A stretch of 64,000 bases of DNA from Dimorphilus gyrociliatus (Eukaryota > Animalia > Annelida), in NCBI GenBank assembly GCA_904063045.1, contig CAJFCJ010000009.1, forward strand, positions 2,418,968 to 2,482,967, read 5' to 3'. Position 1 is the stretch's first letter. Every line of letters begins with the position of its first letter. Positions 62,301-64,000 of the stretch are shown here, in pieces. The position numbers and the translations under genes are program-made. The notes under the pieces are model-generated. The model had not been told where the DNA came from. It made no database searches and saw only the letters and a list, made by a program, of their open reading frames with translations.

Positions 62301-64000
62301 CGTGGTAAGGTTAGTTGAATTGTTATAGAAATTTTGACCTTTATTCACCTTATTCCTATATGCCTATTCAAATGAAGGTCAGCGAAGGATTAGATTTTGC
62401 TAATGATAATGGCAGAGCAGTTTTCATTACTGGAATACCATATCCTGCAAAAAACGACCCAAGAGTCGTTCATAAAATGAAGTATTTGGACGAATCAAAT
62501 ATATCAAAGAAACAAGTAGTTACAAAAAAACAACTAGCCTTGAAGCTTTTTATACTTTTTATTTATCTTTATTGAAGGGCTTAACCGGAAACGACTGGTA
62601 TAATTTACAGGCTACTAGGGCTGTTAATCAGGCTATTGGTCGTATTATTCGTCATAAAAATGACTTTGGCGCTATTATTCTATGCGATGAAAGGTTATTT
62701 ATTCAAAATATTATTGTCTATTATCTCTTTTCTAGATCTATTATTTAAATAGATTCGCCGATAAGTCAAGAAGGTCCCAATTACCATTATGGATTCAACC
62801 TAAAGTTCAGGTTATCGATAATTTTGGTACTGTTGTTAAAGAATTAAGGAGCTTTTTTGAAAAAACTAAAGAAATAGTTAATAAAATTTATTTCCTTCCT
62901 TCTCTTTTTCTTTTTAATTAATATTTTTTTAATATAGAAAACAGAAATAAAGAGATCTGTTCCAATTAGCAATGAAGATATTGGAGCTAATAGGACTCTT
63001 GTTGAGAAAAAAATAAAAAGAGAATTTTCCAATTTGCCTGGTGCTTTTGAAAATGTTGATCATCTCAAAGGAGTTGATTTAAACGATGCTACAAAAAGCT
63101 ACGGACACGGGCTCAGATGCGAATCATCTGATTCTATCTTTTCTCCATTTACTGACAAGGTATATTGAAAAGAAACCGAGTGGAATTGTAACGTCTTCCG
63201 TTCTATGCCCTTTATTATTCCCTTATTTTAGGTTTCGACTGATGTTATCAACTTCAGAGACCGTCCTAGAAAGAGAGAAGTAAACATTTATTTTTATCTT
63301 TTTAGGCTAATAAATGCGAAAATTAATTTCTGTTGTTTCTTCTTTTCTCCTGCTAAAAGGGTCAGGAAATTCTACAGCAAGTTCGAACCAAGAAAACAAA
63401 AATTGTCATTAAAGTATACTATAAATAAATTTCCCCTTAAGAATATCGCTTGACCTTTGACCCATATTTCTTTAAAGAGAACCGATAAAAGGGCTAAAAA
63501 TTGCGAAACTGCCGAAGGTTTATTAGGAGCTGTTGGTTGAATAATTTGCATTTGTTATTATTTCTAGAATCTCTTTATCATAGCTCTTTCTCATTTTACA
63601 GTTGAAAGATAACTTGGCTAAGGAAACTTACGATAAATTTAGACGTGAGCTGGATAGTTTTACGAAATCTAAAGACTTTTCAGTCTTTTCAAATGTCCTT
63701 AGAGAGATATTTACTGGAAATAACGCCTTATTTGATGTGTTTAAGGGTAATAGCAATATCTAAATTGTCACCATGATTTTCCGTGGGGATGAGAGATTTT
63801 AAGGGAAGACCCATTTATACAAAATTTCTGCTTTTTTTTTTTCAAAAGGGTTATTCTCATTTTTCCCAACGGAATTTAGGGAAGAATACAATCAATTATT
63901 CAAGAGCATTACTGGAAAAAGACTGGCTATTGATCCTCAAAAAATTAAGAAAAATGAAAATAGCCAGAGTAGTCAAGAAACTAAAAAGGAACCTGACGGA
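59328..64000 (+). CDS. RTEL1: RTEL1 Fe-S DEAH helicase (3' end beyond the window)
   Basis: [20 protein letters not shown]; [15 protein letters not shown]; YSLQEPTL frame-shifted in the track but YASRTHSQL in the true frame; CPYY; DEAHN; SYWCFNPG; LTSGTLSP; GKVSEGLDF; [19 protein letters not shown]; a harmonin-like region near 63600. Confidence 0.95.

Overview
This is a very gene-dense, AT-rich animal (bilaterian invertebrate) genomic window, not prokaryotic or viral. About 25 protein-coding genes are packed with intergenic gaps often only 200-600 bp, and most introns are short GT-AG introns of about 50-70 nt. I rebuilt exon chains by hand from splice signals and frame continuity. Gene order: snail, Akt, a probable ~2,200-aa basic orphan (- strand), DDX42, CHMP4, RBMX2, THEM6, an intronless GPR158/179-like GPCR, an EGF/TSP1 type-I membrane protein, one solitary 5S rRNA gene, TPRKB/CGI-121, SPT4, DTWD1, ALIX, Smoothened, MRE11, RD3-like, SNRNP25, SCFD1/Sly1, RPAP3, an acidic membrane-anchored orphan, MED4, RUVBL2, an unrecognised gene, a tetraspanin, a PLB1-like GDSL lipase, and RTEL1 (truncated by the window end). 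The architecture would fit a miniaturised genome such as that of the annelid Dimorphilus, but that identification is a guess. I found no transposase, CRISPR array or tRNA, and no demonstrably new multi-gene system. The best leads are the orphan proteins (giant K/R/S-rich protein, acidic LIR-bearing membrane protein, EGF-TSP1 receptor), a cluster of four perfect FoxO sites upstream of Akt, and recurrent CTCF-like motifs near gene starts. Gene identities come from remembered family motifs, not database searches.
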